Origin: a virus
IMG/VR virus record: IMGVR_UViG_3300050821_007134
Span: 32,001-96,000 of that record
Reading direction: 5' to 3' (one strand)
DNA length: 64,000 nucleotides
Shown here: piece by piece, positions 8,854 through 18,373 of the stretch
Layout: each line of letters opens with the position of its first letter
Position numbering within the stretch: position 1 is the stretch's first letter
Notes under the pieces: model-generated
Databases searched by the model: none
What the model was told of the DNA's origin: nothing
Seen by the model: only the letters and a program-made list of their open reading frames with translations
Position numbers and translations under genes: made by a program

Positions 8854-9068
8854 TGTTTGGTTATAGCTTAGTCAAGACTTCCATTCTAACTGAATTAGTC
8901 AATGTATCTACGGAGGCCCTCGACCATGTTGAGGCTAACGGAGGTTTTCTAAATGAGAAGAGGACCTTTGCAAGTGATGGTAATAATAAGGCCATTCAAG
9001 CGCATTGGAATTTATTTCATACTCTAACTAGGCGTTTCTTCTCATTAAAATACAAACTGTTAAAATAG
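8853..9068 (+). CDS. Hypothetical early protein
   Basis: AGGAGG SD. Confidence 0.7.
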   Translation: MFGYSLVKTSILTELVNVSTEALDHVEANGGFLNEKRTFASDGNNKAIQAHWNLFHTLTRRFFSLKYKLLK

Positions 9069-9071
9069 TGC

Positions 9072-9098
9072 TAAAGTTTTTAAACAATCTCCCGATAA
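9072..9098 (+). promoter_or_regulatory. sigma28 (FliA) promoter
   Basis: TAAAGTTT-N11-CCCGATAA (1 mismatch to consensus), 25 nt before ATG 9124. Confidence 0.75.
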
Positions 9099-9123
9099 GT
9101 TAGATAGAAACAAAGGGGGTTAT

Positions 9124-9432
9124 ATGAGACAGTCTTTAAATGCCGATACAAGAGTCATACTAACTTTAGGGCTTGTCAATTTACTATCGACCATTAAGCT
9201 ATATGAGTCCGAGGTCCGTACCATTGGCGGTTATGGCATTGCAGTTGACCATCATCTAACAGACGCTGTTAACACTGCTATAGACACTCACAAGGCCAAT
9301 TTTAAAAGGGCCACACAAGAAACCTTGTCAACACATGCCGGTTTTATTCAAGAGTACGATGAAATAGTAGACCGAGCGTTACAATTGACAGCCATGCCAG
9401 TTAGTGTTTTTGAATCTTATCAATTTTCATAA
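9124..9432 (+). CDS. Hypothetical early protein
   Basis: AAGGGGG SD. Confidence 0.75.
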   Translation: MRQSLNADTRVILTLGLVNLLSTIKLYESEVRTIGGYGIAVDHHLTDAVNTAIDTHKANFKRATQETLSTHAGFIQEYDEIVDRALQLTAMPVSVFESYQFS

Positions 9433-9443
9433 GGGGGTTTAAA

Positions 9444-9800
9444 ATGAGTGCAAGAAGTTTTAAAATGAACGTTTTCAACCGTAACCAAGGCCAGATCAGA
9501 GTCGAGCGCTCGTTAGAGGCTCAAGGTGTCGTTACCCGCGTCCAGATGTACCAAACCATCATCGTTGAATATTGGGTTAACCACATTGGCCCTAGCCCTA
9601 CTATCGTCTTAAATTCGGGAGGCTATCGAACGGCGTCCACAAAGACAGCCATAAATCAGGCATTGAGTCAATTAGTCTTGCCATGGAATGTTATTCAACG
9701 CAAGGGTCAATGGCTTGTAACTAACGGCGTCAAGACCTTTGATTTTATTGACGGCATTCAATTGGACGCAACCGGCATTGTATTAAAGGAGGCTTCATAA
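9444..9800 (+). CDS. Conserved phage early protein
   Basis: LNSGGYRTASTKTAINQAL...QRKGQW pattern seen in phage early genes. Confidence 0.75.
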   Translation: MSARSFKMNVFNRNQGQIRVERSLEAQGVVTRVQMYQTIIVEYWVNHIGPSPTIVLNSGGYRTASTKTAINQALSQLVLPWNVIQRKGQWLVTNGVKTFDFIDGIQLDATGIVLKEAS

Positions 9801-9951
9801 TGCCTAACCTATTGTTTTTAAAACTCAAAGACCACATAGGCCATAAAATTGAATGCGTTTACTACGGGCCAGCGGATAGCCCTTGCAATATAGCCATTGA
9901 ATGTGTCGATTGTTATATGGTTTTAGTTGACACTGACCTTGAGGAGATCAA

Positions 9952-10185
9952 ATGAAATACTATAAAGAACAATTAAATCAATTAGTTGACGACCATCCTT
10001 ATTTTAAATCAATTCAAGTTAGGGATACCGTAGGCAATTCGACTCATTGTCTGGCCTTAAATATTGAGTCAATCCCAATATTTATAGCATTTTTGAAAAA
10101 AGAACAAAAAAGACTAAAGAATTTAGAACAAACAGCCGAGAAGTCCAATGGAGGGAATGAGAATGAAAACCAAGATCACACTTAA
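9952..10185 (+). CDS. Hypothetical early protein
   Basis: GAGGAG SD. Confidence 0.65.
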   Translation: MKYYKEQLNQLVDDHPYFKSIQVRDTVGNSTHCLALNIESIPIFIAFLKKEQKRLKNLEQTAEKSNGGNENENQDHT

Positions 10186-10402
10186 CACGATGAAACTAAA
10201 TAATAAAACGCATCTCTTTGAACAAGTTGCAACCACGTCAATTGAGCAACCAACAATTAAACAAGCCGAGCGTTTCCTTAAGAGCTATCTCTATAAGTTT
10301 GACGCTATGCTTAGTAGTGGCCCTATCGACATTTGGTCAAAACGAACGGTAACTAAACAGGGCGAATACTTATTGCATGCCGAATTGAAGAGGGGCGCAT
10401 GA
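10157..10402 (+). CDS. Hypothetical early protein
   Basis: GGAGGG SD. Confidence 0.6.
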   Translation: MRMKTKITLNTMKLNNKTHLFEQVATTSIEQPTIKQAERFLKSYLYKFDAMLSSGPIDIWSKRTVTKQGEYLLHAELKRGA

Positions 10403-10669
10403 ATTCGGTTTTCGTTGTTTCCATCGTTTTTGGCTTAGTCAGTCTAATAGGTGCCGCGTTTAGGCATTCATTAGGGCCATTGAAAAACTTCTTTGACACA
10501 TTGACCACATTCCTTGCATTGGCTGTACTGTTAACCGTGGCATTTACAATCGGAGTACAAGTTTGGGGCATTCGATGAAATACCTTTCAGCCTATGCCGT
10601 GGTCGATATACTCTTAAGTCTACCTATAGATCAATACGTTGTACCTGCAATAATTATTTACTTTATTGC

Positions 10670-10696
10670 TAAAGTTTTATTGCAACGCGCCGATAA
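10670..10696 (+). promoter_or_regulatory. sigma28 (FliA) promoter
   Basis: Perfect TAAAGTTT-N11-GCCGATAA, 21 nt before ATG 10718. Confidence 0.85.
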
Positions 10697-10717
10697 GTTA
10701 AATAGGAGGGAGTTACA

Positions 10718-11110
10718 ATGAAAACGAAACAAGGTTTAGTCGAGGTTAAACGAACGGTTATTGACACGGTACCAATTGGTTATTGGCTGGTAACGTTTGA
10801 CGCAATTTGGGGAGCACGTTGCAACGAAGGGCCACATAACTCTTGTGAGCAGCATGGTTGCATTGACAACGAGCCAGATTACATTGCAGACGTTGACGGC
10901 GCCATTAATAAGATCACACGACGAAACTACTATGAATTAGGCGCCAATGGCCTAACCATTAGCTCGAATACAAACGACCAACACGACGACACACACGATC
11001 TAAGGCCACGGCTTTTTAAAACGAAACAAGAGGCCAAAGAGCATTTGGAATACACTTTAAAGCGGTTTAAAAACCCTCAACCATGGGAGAGCTTCGTTAA
11101 AACAGCTTAA
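10718..11110 (+). CDS. Hypothetical early protein
   Basis: AGGAGGGAG SD. Confidence 0.75.
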   Translation: MKTKQGLVEVKRTVIDTVPIGYWLVTFDAIWGARCNEGPHNSCEQHGCIDNEPDYIADVDGAINKITRRNYYELGANGLTISSNTNDQHDDTHDLRPRLFKTKQEAKEHLEYTLKRFKNPQPWESFVKTA

Positions 11111-11202
11111 AAACTATGATTGAAACTCTTAAAATACAAGTGTTTACAATAAGTTGTCAGCTATTACCGATACTGATTAGGCTTTTAACGTAGGGAGTTA
11201 AA

Positions 11203-11382
11203 ATGAATTCGAGCGAAGTAAACTGGTATAAAGAGAGACTTGCTGGCCTTGTTAAAGACTTGCAATTCGATCTTAAATACGAAAAAGACGTTGAAACAGT
11301 CCGTTACCTTCAGAATATGATTAGACACTTAAATTCAAGTGTTGAAGTCTTTAACCGAGTGGAAGGGACTGAAAACCAATGA
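11203..11382 (+). CDS. 59-aa hypothetical protein (not in ORF track)
   Basis: AGGGAG SD; MNSSEVNWYKERLAG... Confidence 0.6.
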   Translation: MNSSEVNWYKERLAGLVKDLQFDLKYEKDVETVRYLQNMIRHLNSSVEVFNRVEGTENQ

Positions 11383-11443
11383 AGAGAATAGTTTCGATGC
11401 TCATTGAAGTCGGAAACAAAGGGCCAGTCTATGCGTGGACCAT

Positions 11444-11459
11444 TGGCATAGGCCTTGCA
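11444..11459 (+). promoter_or_regulatory. sigma54 -24/-12 promoter
   Basis: TGGCATA-GGCC-TTGCA upstream of ATG 11513. Confidence 0.7.
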
Positions 11460-11512
11460 CTAATTGCCCTGTCAATAACTGGTATGGTCGAAAACATTAT
11501 GAGGGAGTTACA

Positions 11513-11920
11513 ATGAATACTAAACCGAACGTTCTAATTTTCAATGCATACGATGCGCTGGACGTTGAAAACGTTGATAAGACTATCTTGCAACATTACT
11601 CGGCATTACAAGAATTGCAACGTCAAGGCGTACCAGTGGTCGAGCTGCTCGGGCGAAACAATGGAACGAGTCAAATGTCAATTCTAGTGGTCGGGTTTCA
11701 ACACACGGACCTAGTTGAAACACTCGCTAAACAATCTGGCCAGGACTCTTATCTAAGGAGCCACGGAGACAGATATACAGAAAGAGTTAGCTTAAAAAAG
11801 GCACACGTTGAGTCGGTAGGTTACCTTAAACCCATTTCCGAGGACGGGGCATGGTTAAAAGGCACTTATGCGTATAATCCACAAACAAACACATTTTATG
11901 CATTGGAGTCGAGGCCATGA
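11513..11920 (+). CDS. SAM-lyase (T3 SAMase)-like protein, possibly degenerate
   Basis: VLIFNAY / LLGRNNGTSQMSILV / LAKQSGQDSYL / GYLKPISEDGAW..TYAY follow the motif order of phage SAM lyases; start revised (GAGGGAG SD). Confidence 0.55.
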   Translation: MNTKPNVLIFNAYDALDVENVDKTILQHYSALQELQRQGVPVVELLGRNNGTSQMSILVVGFQHTDLVETLAKQSGQDSYLRSHGDRYTERVSLKKAHVESVGYLKPISEDGAWLKGTYAYNPQTNTFYALESRP

Positions 11921-12070
11921 AAGTTCTAATCATTGTCGCGCTATTTATTGGACTGACCACTTATTGTTTAACACAATGTATGATAAGTCCACAAAGAGCA
12001 CTTTCAATAATTCAAACCTTTGGAGGTAAATAGACCAGAAAGTCCACACTCCCCAAACCCCTAAACCCTG

Positions 12071-12101
12071 GCCCTAGGTTGTTTTCAGCCTAGGGCTTTT
12101 T
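12071..12101 (+). terminator. Rho-independent terminator
   Basis: GCCCTAGGTTG-TTTT-CAGCCTAGGGC-TTTTT. Confidence 0.85.
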
Positions 12102-12121
12102 CATTGGATAAAAGTGAATTT

Positions 12122-12138
12122 TTGCTTTACTTGCCACG
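12122..12138 (-). repeat. 17-bp inverted repeat, right copy
   Basis: TTGCTTTACTTGCCACG on + strand. Confidence 0.8.
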
Positions 12139-12506
12139 GTTGCCTAAAGCCGAGCGTCTGTCTATTCATTGAGTCAACTTGTCTCCAGGGGCATTCCAAC
12201 CTTCTCTCGGGTCACTTCCCTTTGGAGTCGAATAGTCAAACCTATTTACACAATGCCTCAAGCCGCTAATGTGAGTGAGACTGTATATCGTAAAGCATTG
12301 ATAACTGAGGGCTTATCACGGCATTATTGGCGCAATTGGCAATAAACGCAATACCTACGGCGTAATTGGCATAGGCTCTTTACGGTTTAAAGATTCGGAG
12401 CGGCGCATTAGATCGAATATAGGCCCCCTGGCTATCGTTTTGACACTGTCCATAAAATCGACGGTAAAAGTGAATTTTAGGACTAATAGTTTCAATAGTT
12501 TATGCG

Positions 12507-12522
12507 TGGCATCATAGTTGCT
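12507..12522 (+). promoter_or_regulatory. sigma54 -24/-12 promoter
   Basis: TGGCATC-ATAG-TTGCT; IHF-like TTTCAATAGTTTA at 12490-12502. Confidence 0.65.
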
Positions 12523-12641
12523 TATTAATAAATCATGTAGGTTAAACAAAAGGCCGAGGAGGCTATATGTACTAGGCCAGCGAAAGTTGGCATTTGAGGG
12601 CTACGGAGGGCTCAAGTTTAACCCCAAACGTGAGGAGTTTT

Positions 12642-12974
12642 ATGTACGCGCCAATTAATCAGTGGACCAAGGAAAAGATCATAAACCACATTGAAAAGAA
12701 CTTCGTAGGCAAGAGCTATGAGAATGAAGAAACCTGTCTATATAGGTCTGACGATGGTCGCAAGTGCGCCTTAGGCCTATTCATACCAGATAAACGCTAT
12801 TCGAGCAAGATGGAGCACCAATGCGCTCGAACGGTTATTACAGATTACAAACTTGAAAGGTTTATGCCATTAGAGACAGACGCCATGAGGCAATTGCAAA
12901 TGGTCCACGATGAGAGCAACGAAAACAAAACCAAAGAACAGATGATTAATTGGATTAAAAGAAACGTAGCATAG
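12642..12974 (+). CDS. Conserved phage protein
   Basis: CLYRSDDGRKCALGLFIPD..Y...LQMVHD pattern; GAGGAG SD. Confidence 0.75.
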   Translation: MYAPINQWTKEKIINHIEKNFVGKSYENEETCLYRSDDGRKCALGLFIPDKRYSSKMEHQCARTVITDYKLERFMPLETDAMRQLQMVHDESNENKTKEQMINWIKRNVA

Positions 12975-12985
12975 CAGGGAGTTTT

Positions 12986-14002
12986 ATGAATGTTCTAAAT
13001 GAAGCGTTAAAAATACAGGCCAATGCCATCAAAGAAGAGACGAAACTAGAAAAGGCCATACAAGCCAAGGCCCGTAAATACCAGAAAGAACTTGAGGCAT
13101 TTAAGACTTTCGTTACTGGCCTAGTCGATAGGTTCAAAGAATTCGATAAAATGCCAATTCGCTATTACCAATACAGTGAAAACGGAGCAACCTATCGTTA
13201 CAATGAAGAGCGTTGGAAAACAATTGACATTGAATACTCGGCAAGAGGCTATAACTCTCATTTAAGTAAACTCTTCCAATTGTATGAAAACCCACGAAAC
13301 ACTGAAACTGAATTGAAGTCTGTCTATATCTATTTGGCTGATTATCACATGAGTTTAGTTATTGAAGAGACAGAGGGCGGACCTATCGTAATGAAATTCA
13401 CACGCCGAACGTTTTCCTTTGAAGAGGTTAAAGACCTGCTATTGCCATATGGCCAGGGCTGGAGGGTTCAAAAAGGCTCCCGTCCCTTAAGTTGCATTGA
13501 AACTGAATTTACAGATCGCGAGCTGGCCTATAAACACATCAAAGGAGTTATCTTAAAAATTGCCAATATTGAAACACTTAAAGAGCTGGCCGAACAAACC
13601 GAGCGAAAGACAGTTTTGGCTAAGTACCTGAATGTTGACGGTATTGGTTCAATTGAACACGTTTCAAACGGCGCCTATACAAACCCCAATGGCATTGTAT
13701 TAAAGACCAATGGCAAAGAGTACCGAGTTTTAAATAAGAGCGAAGTACCATCATGGTACGCATTCATGGTTATTGGCAACGTCCACAAACATTCAGATTT
13801 AGGGCTCCTTGCCGATGCTACGGGACTTAAATATGAAGAGCTAAAGACCATGCAAACATTTGGCGAGAAGAGTTTCAATTCATTGGTTAGCCCTTTCGTT
13901 AGAAATAGCGAATATGGCAACGAGATGGCAAAGAAATACTCATTCAGTCAATACGTTGTACCAGTCGATAACTATTTCATTGTTGAATTGGGGGCCATAT
14001 GA
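12986..14002 (+). CDS. Hypothetical protein
   Basis: 338-aa ORF, AGGGAG SD. Confidence 0.85.
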   Translation: MNVLNEALKIQANAIKEETKLEKAIQAKARKYQKELEAFKTFVTGLVDRFKEFDKMPIRYYQYSENGATYRYNEERWKTIDIEYSARGYNSHLSKLFQLYENPRNTETELKSVYIYLADYHMSLVIEETEGGPIVMKFTRRTFSFEEVKDLLLPYGQGWRVQKGSRPLSCIETEFTDRELAYKHIKGVILKIANIETLKELAEQTERKTVLAKYLNVDGIGSIEHVSNGAYTNPNGIVLKTNGKEYRVLNKSEVPSWYAFMVIGNVHKHSDLGLLADATGLKYEELKTMQTFGEKSFNSLVSPFVRNSEYGNEMAKKYSFSQYVVPVDNYFIVELGAI

Positions 14003-14196
14003 TTAAAACGTTCACCAATGCAAGTCTGACTGAAACTGAATTAAAGAGCCTAGGCCAAAAGATCGCGGAGGTTTTAAATCTAGAGCCAATTTATCGCATC
14101 CTAAATGAGCCTATTAAATATCAAACGACTTGGGGAGTTAAAACAGAAGTCGGCTTAGCATTGACCGTAATTAGAGTATTGGAGGACGGGCCATGA
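13999..14196 (+). CDS. Hypothetical protein
   Basis: ATGA coupling. Confidence 0.7.
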   Translation: MIKTFTNASLTETELKSLGQKIAEVLNLEPIYRILNEPIKYQTTWGVKTEVGLALTVIRVLEDGP

Positions 14197-14453
14197 AACG
14201 GGACATTTCAATTGACAGAGAAGAGGCACAATTATTGGAGGACACTCTAAACTATATCGTTAATGATAGCGATAGCGAAAAAGAGGACTTCATTGAACAG
14301 CTTAAAGATGATGGCATAACAGATGAAACTCCGTTCTTTGACGAGCATGATAACCTAATCATCAAAGAAGTACCAAAGAAACATAGAAACCACATTTTTT
14401 ATAAAGCAAGTTTATTATTGCAGGCCCTCGCTGGCCCGATGTATGGAGGTTAA
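14193..14453 (+). CDS. Acidic hypothetical protein
   Basis: GGAGG SD, D/E rich. Confidence 0.7.
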   Translation: MKRDISIDREEAQLLEDTLNYIVNDSDSEKEDFIEQLKDDGITDETPFFDEHDNLIIKEVPKKHRNHIFYKASLLLQALAGPMYGG

Positions 14454-14599
14454 AATGAAATTGACAGTTAAAGACATCAAGGCAATTGCTAACTATCTCG
14501 GGCAAGTAGCCATGGATAAGGCCGAACAGGGTAAACCCGAAGAAGAGATGAGAATTTTTACTTTAATTGAAAAACTTGAGAGTGAAATTGGAGATTAAA

Positions 14600-14887
14600 A
14601 TGGACGTTAAAAAACTATTAGAGAAACTTAAAATTGCCATTCGATCTGGAGCCTTGACTCCCACTAATAAAGTGGACGCTGGCACTTTCGTTTGTCTCAA
14701 GGAGACTAATAACAAGGGAGAGATAACAAACTACTGGCAAGCTGTTTACGAGGCACTCCCCTATCAATTTCAAACTTCCTTAAAAGATAAAACCAAAGGC
14801 CATACTGTTACGAGTGTTGATGGATGTCGTATTTATAAAGTTATTGCCATCTTTGACTCATGGAATGAAGAGGAGAAGAGCGCATGA
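14600..14887 (+). CDS. Hypothetical protein
   Basis: Start revised to MDVKKLL (GGAG SD). Confidence 0.7.
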   Translation: MDVKKLLEKLKIAIRSGALTPTNKVDAGTFVCLKETNNKGEITNYWQAVYEALPYQFQTSLKDKTKGHTVTSVDGCRIYKVIAIFDSWNEEEKSA

Positions 14888-15243
14888 GAATTGCATTTGA
14901 TGTAATGGGCACAATTGAAGGGCCTAAACAAAAACAAGTATTAGAACTGTTTTCTAGGTTGTGGACCGCTGGCCATGAGATGTTCGTATGGTCAAACCTT
15001 GAAAGCTATGCTGTCGATGCAATTAAAAAACATAATTTGCCAGCCACGTCAATGAGAAAGTACAGCTCGACAGATGCCGAGGAGCGAGGCTTTATGGACT
15101 TAGCTATAGAAGACGACCCAAGTCAAACGTGGTTAGGGGCTAAGCAAATTGTATTAGTCTCTGAATTGCCCGCTAAAACTGAATTTTTGCTTAAACAATT
15201 TGGCGTAGCTAAAACGCCTTGGAGTTCACATGAGCAGGAATAA
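14884..15243 (+). CDS. HAD-superfamily-like protein
   Basis: IAFDVMGTI (DxDGT-like, second Asp replaced), VWS, AIEDD. Confidence 0.55.
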   Translation: MRIAFDVMGTIEGPKQKQVLELFSRLWTAGHEMFVWSNLESYAVDAIKKHNLPATSMRKYSSTDAEERGFMDLAIEDDPSQTWLGAKQIVLVSELPAKTEFLLKQFGVAKTPWSSHEQE

Positions 15244-15442
15244 ACTTGGAGCGCTGGCCATTATAACTTCAATGCTCGCGATGGGTTCTTTGGCCAATGA
15301 AAACTTATTTGGACGCTCGGAAAAAGCGCCAAAGAAAAACAATAAAATGCCCTTGACAGATGAAGAGACTAAAACACTCGCAAGTCTGTCGGGAAGAGAT
15401 AAAAAGAAATATGTGAAACAATTAAAGGAGAAGTACAAGTGA
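15230..15442 (+). CDS. Hypothetical protein
   Basis: GGAG SD; overlaps neighbours. Confidence 0.65.
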   Translation: MSRNKLGALAIITSMLAMGSLANENLFGRSEKAPKKNNKMPLTDEETKTLASLSGRDKKKYVKQLKEKYK

Positions 15443-15645
15443 AAACAGGTATTGTTAAATGGTTTAATTCAAACAAAGGTTTTGGTTTTCTGACGGTCGA
15501 TAACAGTGAAAAAGATGTGTTCGTTCACTATACTGCTATTGTATCGGATGGCTTTAAAGACTTAGTCGAGGGCCAGAAAGTTAAGTTTGAAGTCCTTGAA
15601 ACCGAGCGAGGGCCACAAGCGGCAAAAGTTGAGGTTGTAAAGTGA
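15439..15645 (+). CDS. csp: Cold-shock protein (CSD)
   Basis: [15 protein letters not shown]...DVFVHYTAI...GPQA. Confidence 0.95.
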   Translation: MKTGIVKWFNSNKGFGFLTVDNSEKDVFVHYTAIVSDGFKDLVEGQKVKFEVLETERGPQAAKVEVVK

Positions 15646-16049
15646 TCTTAGAAAAAGGAGACATAATATTTTCACAATACAACTTTAAAAAAGATAAACG
15701 TCTTTTCTTGCTTGAAGATGTTCTACCTTTTAAGTGGCGTTGCATGTTCAGGGATAAAAAAATAAATAATACTTCACTGACTTTTTACGGTAGTTTCGAT
15801 GTGTCCAATATTCGCATGGCAACAGATGAAGAAATAGCATTTGTCAAGGCAAATATTGAGGCTGGCTATTTAACATTAGACTCTTCCATGGTCGAATTAT
15901 TGCAGACTCGAAACAAAGGAGTACCAGAGGTAACGAACCCCGAACTATTAGGAAGCAAACCCACTTGCAATAAACACGAGCCCATTCGCTACGTGAGTTT
16001 TAATATGGTTTACACTATTTGTAAAAATTGCGATAAAACTCTTGCATAA
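15642..16049 (+). CDS. Hypothetical protein
   Basis: Coupled ORF, C-terminal C/H..CxxC. Confidence 0.65.
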   Translation: MILEKGDIIFSQYNFKKDKRLFLLEDVLPFKWRCMFRDKKINNTSLTFYGSFDVSNIRMATDEEIAFVKANIEAGYLTLDSSMVELLQTRNKGVPEVTNPELLGSKPTCNKHEPIRYVSFNMVYTICKNCDKTLA

Positions 16050-16070
16050 TGTCGCATTGCGTTATATAGT
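16042..16070 (+). promoter_or_regulatory. sigma70-like promoter
   Basis: TTGCAT-N17-TATAGT. Confidence 0.55.
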
Positions 16071-16091
16071 AAAAGAATGAAGGAGAGACAC

Positions 16092-16739
16092 ATGAAAACA
16101 ATGAAAGTTAACGGCTTCAAATTAAAGTTAGATCACGAGGGCAAGGTCAAAGACTATGTCCTTCCGTACCAAGTTAGGAATAAACAGTTCAAAGGAAATA
16201 ATGGCAAGAACAAATTTAACCTCGAAACAGAAGAGGCCCATTCATATGGCCATTGGTGCTATGTTAAAAAGATCAAAGGCAAATGGGTTTTCAACGACTA
16301 TAGTTATAGTGTTACCACAAATGGCCATCAAGGCACCATGCGCCAGTTGCTACGTGAGCTTGGCATAAAAATTGATTTAGTAGTGAACATGCAATCCAGC
16401 CTTGACGACTATAGCTTTAGAAGTGGAGCGCTATCGTCAATGTACTACGATCTTATTGGCAATGAAATTAAGATCAATAACAAATTTATCAAAGATAAGA
16501 GCTATTACGTTGATGCCAATAAAGAACTCAAGAAACAAATTAGCGCCGCTCGCAAATTAGGTGCCAAATACACACGCAATGATGTTAAAGAATTGCGCAA
16601 GCGACTAGAGCAGCATGAAGTTAATAGGTTAACGCAAGCCCGTGAACAGCGCTTAAGAGTCAAAGAGGCCAATAAGACTTTGTATCAAGCCAAAAAGACC
16701 TTAGAAGAGTCGGGCATTGAATTTGACATAGCTAATTAA
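16092..16739 (+). CDS. Conserved phage protein
   Basis: SYGHW...YSVTTNGHQ pattern; AAGGAG SD. Confidence 0.8.
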   Translation: MKTMKVNGFKLKLDHEGKVKDYVLPYQVRNKQFKGNNGKNKFNLETEEAHSYGHWCYVKKIKGKWVFNDYSYSVTTNGHQGTMRQLLRELGIKIDLVVNMQSSLDDYSFRSGALSSMYYDLIGNEIKINNKFIKDKSYYVDANKELKKQISAARKLGAKYTRNDVKELRKRLEQHEVNRLTQAREQRLRVKEANKTLYQAKKTLEESGIEFDIAN

Positions 16740-16750
16740 AGGAGTACCGG

Positions 16751-17851
16751 ATGAAAGCTTTAGAAGTTGTTAAACAAAAACCCATTAACTATCGTTTCAG
16801 TGAGCCAAATAACGATGGCGAAAAAGCTGCTCAAAAGTTTCTCAATGGAGCAACCGAGGGCAAGAATGGGCGCTATGTTATCGCTGGTAATAAATTCATT
16901 TATCGAAACGTTGTCGATAAACAGGTTCGACTTCCCGACAATGAACTAGAGAAACAGAGAGTTCTAAAAAAGCTTAGAAATGCCGCGTCTAAAGGCATTA
17001 TTGTATTGACCACATCGGAAGAGTATATGAAAAACTCGTGGTGTAGTCGTGTTGAATTTAAAGCCCTATCGTCAAACATTATTGCTATGCGATTAGAGTC
17101 AGGCTCCATCATTGGCAATAGTTCGGTCCTTCCACTCATTGGACGCCGCATGTCTTTTGGACGTGAAAGACTTAACAGGGGCGAAACCCCAATTCAACGT
17201 TATCTTGCTCAATACGTGCCAATGATTCCTTTTTCTGTATTTACTCAAACTGGCCTTGACATCAATAGGCTAGACATCATTGAAAGAGGGCCAGAAGAGG
17301 AGATCACTCGCAAGCTTCCAAGAGGACGCGATAAAAAAGGTAAACAGAAATGGGTCGATGAAACAGTTCACTATACTGGCGCATCACTCTTTAAAATTGA
17401 TAGCAAGACATTCCTTTTTGACATTGACCGTAGGGAAGTAACTCATAAAATCTTTAACCCTTTCCTTGTTCAATTGCCAAAAGCAGTGAAGAGTATTAAG
17501 GAGGCCTACGATAGCCTCATTCCCACGGAAGTAAAGAGGGCTATGCTCAAAGGCCTTGATGTTAAAAGACAGGGCGAATGGTTTTTCATTCCTGTGAAGG
17601 GCCAGCATACTCCGGACCCTGTGAGAGAAGAGGATAAACAGTGGCAACGTGGCCCGTACAGACCTATGACGTTACGAGCTGGCAATAATAGCCCTAATCA
17701 CGCTACGCAAGGAGTCGCTAAACTTATGCTCGTAAAGGGCAAGGTAACTCATTCGGGGCGAGAACATGCCGACATGCTCTTGAAAGGCTGGCATAAAGCC
17801 ATACCAAATACTGCAATTGGAAGTTTCACAATAACGGGAGATGTAGACTAG
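16751..17851 (+). CDS. Conserved phage protein (RQGEWFFIP...H..HxxH type)
   Basis: 366-aa ORF; C-terminal RQGEWFFIP and HSGREH. Confidence 0.8.
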   Translation: MKALEVVKQKPINYRFSEPNNDGEKAAQKFLNGATEGKNGRYVIAGNKFIYRNVVDKQVRLPDNELEKQRVLKKLRNAASKGIIVLTTSEEYMKNSWCSRVEFKALSSNIIAMRLESGSIIGNSSVLPLIGRRMSFGRERLNRGETPIQRYLAQYVPMIPFSVFTQTGLDINRLDIIERGPEEEITRKLPRGRDKKGKQKWVDETVHYTGASLFKIDSKTFLFDIDRREVTHKIFNPFLVQLPKAVKSIKEAYDSLIPTEVKRAMLKGLDVKRQGEWFFIPVKGQHTPDPVREEDKQWQRGPYRPMTLRAGNNSPNHATQGVAKLMLVKGKVTHSGREHADMLLKGWHKAIPNTAIGSFTITGDVD

Positions 17852-17876
17852 GCCCCATAGTCACATAGGAGATGTT

Positions 17877-18059
17877 ATGGAAATTACTAAGCAAAAGCGA
17901 ATTTTAGGTCAACTAGAGATGGACTTAAGTGACATACGAATTCTGCTAAAGACCACAGAGGATGAAGAGAGGCAGAACGAATTGAGACAGGCCTATAGGG
18001 ACCTTGAGCATAAGATCGAGAGTCAGGCACAATTAATTGAGGACTTGGAGAGTTTATGA
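17877..18059 (+). CDS. Coiled-coil hypothetical protein
   Basis: AGGAG SD. Confidence 0.65.
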   Translation: MEITKQKRILGQLEMDLSDIRILLKTTEDEERQNELRQAYRDLEHKIESQAQLIEDLESL

Positions 18060-18373
18060 ATAAATTTACAGAAGGACCATGGAAACAATTACCCAAAGAC
18101 CCTCTTAAGATCAAAGGCACCGATAAACTTTCAATTGCTTGCATAGTTTCGCAAGCTGGCAAGAACGGGCGATCTTATGAAGAGAAATTGGCCAATGCAA
18201 GGCTTATATCTGCTGCTCCGGAAATGTTGGAGGCTCTTCACATAGCTCGAATGCAAATTTCATATGATCTTAAGACCAGAGTTCAACAGCCAACCGAGAA
18301 AGAGGCCAATAGACTTATCTTGGAAGTTGTTGAAAAAGCAATTACTAGAGCTACTGGGGAGTTTTTCGAATGA
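18056..18373 (+). CDS. Conserved phage protein
   Basis: TEGPW...ANARLISAAPEMLEAL motif. Confidence 0.8.
   Translation: MNKFTEGPWKQLPKDPLKIKGTDKLSIACIVSQAGKNGRSYEEKLANARLISAAPEMLEALHIARMQISYDLKTRVQQPTEKEANRLILEVVEKAITRATGEFFE

Noticed and set aside
11147-11173. Third sigma28 promoter (ACCGATAC)
   Set aside because: The -10 has two mismatches and there is no TAAAGTTT at 11-nt spacing
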